41,502 nt of DNA, from positions 1-41,502 of the forward strand of contig JAYOSS010000002.1 of NCBI GenBank assembly GCA_038139355.1. Direction: 5' to 3'. Under the pieces are notes generated by a model, which was not told the DNA's origin, made no database searches, and was given only the letters and a program-made list of their open reading frames with translations. Position 1 is the stretch's first letter. The number at the start of each line of letters is the position of its first letter. Position numbers and translations under genes: made by a program. This document shows positions 38,698 through 41,502 of this stretch, in pieces. Source of the stretch: Gammaproteobacteria bacterium. GTDB taxonomy: Bacteria > Pseudomonadota > Gammaproteobacteria > Pseudomonadales > Azotimanducaceae.

Positions 38698-40968
38698 ATG
38701 GATGATGAAATCCAATCTTCACCAGCTGGCGGTGACTCATCCGAGTCCATGTCCCTGGCTACCTACACCGAGCGCGCGTACTTGGATTACTCCATGTACG
38801 TCATCAACGATCGCGCCCTGCCGCATATTGCTGATGGCCTGAAGCCGGTTCAGCGACGCATCATTTACGCCATGAGTGAACTGGGCCTAAACAGTCAGGC
38901 CAAGTACGCTAAATCCGCCCGCACCGTCGGTGACGTGTTAGGTAAATTCCACCCGCATGGTGATAGCGCCTGTTACGAAGCCATGGTGTTGATGGCCCAG
39001 CCTTTTTCCTTCCGTTATCCCATGGTGGATGGCCAAGGCAACTGGGGCGCGCCAGATGACCCTAAATCCTTTGCCGCCATGCGGTATACCGAAGCCCGCT
39101 TATCGCGCTACGCGGACTTGCTGCTGGGTGAGGCCAAACAAGGGACCGTAGATTACAACCCAAACTTTGATGGCAGTGTGCAGGAGCCCCGCTTGTTGCC
39201 GGCCCAAGCGCCCTTTGTGTTGCTAAACGGCAGCACCGGCATTGCGGTGGGCATGGCGACGGATATACCTCCTCATAACCTCAACGAAGTGGTTAGCGCC
39301 TGCGTGCATCTTCTGGATAGCCCCAAGGCCACAACTGCGGACTTGATGACCCACATCAAAGGCCCGGATTATCCGACCGAAGCTCAGGTGATTTCGCCCG
39401 TCGCTGATATTCAGGCTTTGTATGAAACCGGCCGCGGCAGCATCAAGGCCCGAGCGGTGTATCACCGTGAGGGACCAGAAGTGGTCATTACCGCACTGCC
39501 TCATCAGGTTTCACCCGCTAAGGTGCTGGAGCAAGTCGCGCAACAAATGAACGCCAAAAAACTGCCCATGTTGGTAGATCTGCGCGACGAGTCCGATCAC
39601 GAAAACCCAACGCGATTGGTGTTTGTGCCGCGTTCAAACCGCATCGACTACGACCGGTTGATGAGCCACCTGTTCGCCACCACGGACCTAGAGCGCAGCT
39701 ATCGGGTGAACTTGAACATTATTGGTCTGGACCAGCGACCCGAGGTTAAGGGTCTGGTGGGCATCCTCAAAGAGTGGCTACGATATCGGCTGGATGTCGT
39801 CACTCGACGCCTGAATTTCCGTCTGGAAAAAATCAACGATCGTTTGCATATCCTAGATGGCTTGCTGGTGGCCTATCTGAATCTGGATGAGGTCATTCGC
39901 ATCATTCGCGAAGAGGACAAGCCCCGGGAAGCGCTGATGAAGCGTTTCAGCCTCAGCGAAATTCAGGCCAACGCGATTTTGGATTTGCGTCTGCGCAACT
40001 TGGCGAAGCTGGAAGAGATGAAGCTGCGCGGCGAGAAAGACGAGCTGGAGGCCGAAAAGGCCGACCTAGAAAAAACTCTAGGTTCTAAGGCGCGGATGCA
40101 AACGCTGATCAAAAAAGAACTGTTGGCCGTTGCCGCAGACTATGGGGATGATCGACGCACGCCGCTGATAGAAGCGGAAGATTCACAGGCCTTCAGCGAA
40201 GAAGATCTGATGACCAACGATCCCATCACGGTGGTGTTATCCACCAAGGGCTGGGTGCGAGCAGCCAAGGGTCATGACGTGAAGCCTCATGAGCTTAACT
40301 ATCGCACTGGCGATGAATTTGCGCAGGCCGCCAAGGGCCGCAGTAATGACGTGCTGGTGTTCTTAGATTCCGATGGCCGCAGTTACAACACCGCCGCGCA
40401 CACGTTGCCCTCTGCCCGGGGTCAGGGCGAGCCTTTATCTGGCCGCTTCAAAGCCAAAAACGACGCCCGCTTTGTCGGCGTGCTTATGGGTAACGCCGAC
40501 GCCAAAGTTCTGTTGGCCTCAAACGCCGGGTATGGATTTGTCGGCACCCTGAGTGAAATGGTCACCAAAAACAAAGCGGGTAAGGCGTGTCTAAGCGTGC
40601 CCAGTGGCGGCTATGCGTTACCGCCTTTGCTGATCGATCCCACGTTGCACGAGGCGCCGAAGGCCCAAGTGGCCGCAGTGACTAATCAAGGACGACTGCT
40701 GGTGTTCGCGTTGAGCGAGCTGCCGGAATTAGCCCGAGGTAAGGGCAATAAGCTACTCAATGTGCCTTCCGCTGCATTCAAAGCGGGCGAGGAAGAGCTG
40801 GTAGGTGCGGTGGTGATTGGTGAAAAAGACGATTTGCTCGTCCACGCAGGACAGCGGCATTTACGGCTAAAAGCCAAAGACCTGGAAAACTATCTGGGCG
40901 AGCGTGCTCGTCGCGGACGCAAGTTGCCTCGTGGCTTTCAAAAGGTTGAGCGGTTGTCGGTGGATTAG
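38698..40968 (+). CDS. parC: DNA topoisomerase IV subunit A
   Basis: [35 protein letters not shown], catalytic [10 protein letters not shown]-terminal RGRKLPRG. Confidence 0.97.
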   Translation: MDDEIQSSPAGGDSSESMSLATYTERAYLDYSMYVINDRALPHIADGLKPVQRRIIYAMSELGLNSQAKYAKSARTVGDVLGKFHPHGDSACYEAMVLMAQPFSFRYPMVDGQGNWGAPDDPKSFAAMRYTEARLSRYADLLLGEAKQGTVDYNPNFDGSVQEPRLLPAQAPFVLLNGSTGIAVGMATDIPPHNLNEVVSACVHLLDSPKATTADLMTHIKGPDYPTEAQVISPVADIQALYETGRGSIKARAVYHREGPEVVITALPHQVSPAKVLEQVAQQMNAKKLPMLVDLRDESDHENPTRLVFVPRSNRIDYDRLMSHLFATTDLERSYRVNLNIIGLDQRPEVKGLVGILKEWLRYRLDVVTRRLNFRLEKINDRLHILDGLLVAYLNLDEVIRIIREEDKPREALMKRFSLSEIQANAILDLRLRNLAKLEEMKLRGEKDELEAEKADLEKTLGSKARMQTLIKKELLAVAADYGDDRRTPLIEAEDSQAFSEEDLMTNDPITVVLSTKGWVRAAKGHDVKPHELNYRTGDEFAQAAKGRSNDVLVFLDSDGRSYNTAAHTLPSARGQGEPLSGRFKAKNDARFVGVLMGNADAKVLLASNAGYGFVGTLSEMVTKNKAGKACLSVPSGGYALPPLLIDPTLHEAPKAQVAAVTNQGRLLVFALSELPELARGKGNKLLNVPSAAFKAGEEELVGAVVIGEKDDLLVHAGQRHLRLKAKDLENYLGERARRGRKLPRGFQKVERLSVD

Positions 40969-40979
40969 CTCGGATGGTG

Positions 40980-41009
40980 TCGAGGCGCTAACGGGTTAGC
41001 GCGCCTCGA
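40980..41009. terminator. GC-rich hairpin after parC
   Basis: TCGAGG-CGCTAAC / GTTAGCG-(cg)-CCTCGA; no U tract. Confidence 0.45.
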
Positions 41010-41241
41010 TAACCTACACGCTCTTCGGGCAACGCGATCCGTGCGCCAATTCTCGTGACCTTTGTGGTGGGTCAAACGCTTAGGACATCTGCAAACCGCT
41101 TGGGATGATGCCTCAGTTGCTCCCATGCCAATTACTTCACACTTAGACGGCCCTAGCGGCCTTGCTCGCTGACCTAAGAATTACCAAGCTTAGCTACCCA
41201 CACGATATGCCTTGATCCGCGTCAGGTCCTGGAGCGTCTTC

Positions 41242-41502
41242 ATGTTTTTTCAAAGCTTAGTATTGACCTGCCTCTCGATATTGTTGCCGATGTCCCAAGC
41301 GTCAGCCCAATCTGTGGAGTTTGGTGACAATGAAAGCGACTACGCTAACGACAATGAGTGCGACGACCGTCGGTTCGTAGGCTTGAGCATGGCCTTAAGC
41401 CTAGACAAGGATGACAACTATCACGACGCCGACGATTGCCGCCACGCCTACGCGGTAGGCGCTATCCGATTGCTCGATCCTGTCGCCGCAAAAGCCGCCA
41501 CC
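41242..41502 (+). CDS. Secreted Asp-rich protein with paired-Cys module (truncated by the window end; not in the ORF track)
   Basis: GGAG RBS at 41231; MFFQSLVLTCLSILLPMSQASA-QSVEFGDNESDYANDNECDDRRFVG…DADDCRHAY; open to the window end. Confidence 0.8.
   Translation, partial: MFFQSLVLTCLSILLPMSQASAQSVEFGDNESDYANDNECDDRRFVGLSMALSLDKDDNYHDADDCRHAYAVGAIRLLDPVAAKAAT

Noticed and set aside
38935-38990. Quinolone-resistance substitution in ParC
   Set aside because: The QRDR reads HGDSACYE, wild type at the Ser80 and Glu84 equivalents.

Overview
A 41.5-kb chromosomal window from a Gammaproteobacterium of moderately high GC content; the gene order is Pseudomonadales-like (inferred from synteny only). 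It is mostly housekeeping: pepP-ubiH/I-gcvT-gcvH-gcvPA-gcvPB, a YyaL-like protein, rppH-ptsP, NRDE-lgt-thyA-folA-(AcoX-like NAD kinase)-fabV-hemE, ilvD-argA-argE-lpxL, a degenerate HldE-like ORF with waaA, tolC, and yqiB-cpdA-parE-parC. An accessory block of about 7 kb (12.4-19.3 kb) interrupts the usual ptsP-NRDE/lgt synteny. It holds redox genes and a compact copper module, which is the best candidate for an undescribed system. In that module a CsoR repressor is divergent from a probably leaderless transcript encoding a CxxC/polyproline leader protein, a His-tailed orphan TolC lipoprotein and a Tat-exported two-domain multicopper oxidase. A CsoR-type operator sits in the promoter spacer, and a nested RNA structure could pair the leader's last codons with the TolC Shine-Dalgarno. 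Other oddities: a truncated HldE-derived pseudokinase coupled to waaA, a split GcvP, a Cys-rich microprotein coupled to ilvD, and TAG as the commonest stop codon (18 of 37 complete 3' ends). No rRNA, tRNA, CRISPR array, transposase or integrase was seen. All calls are from motif recognition by eye; no searches or folding programs were run.
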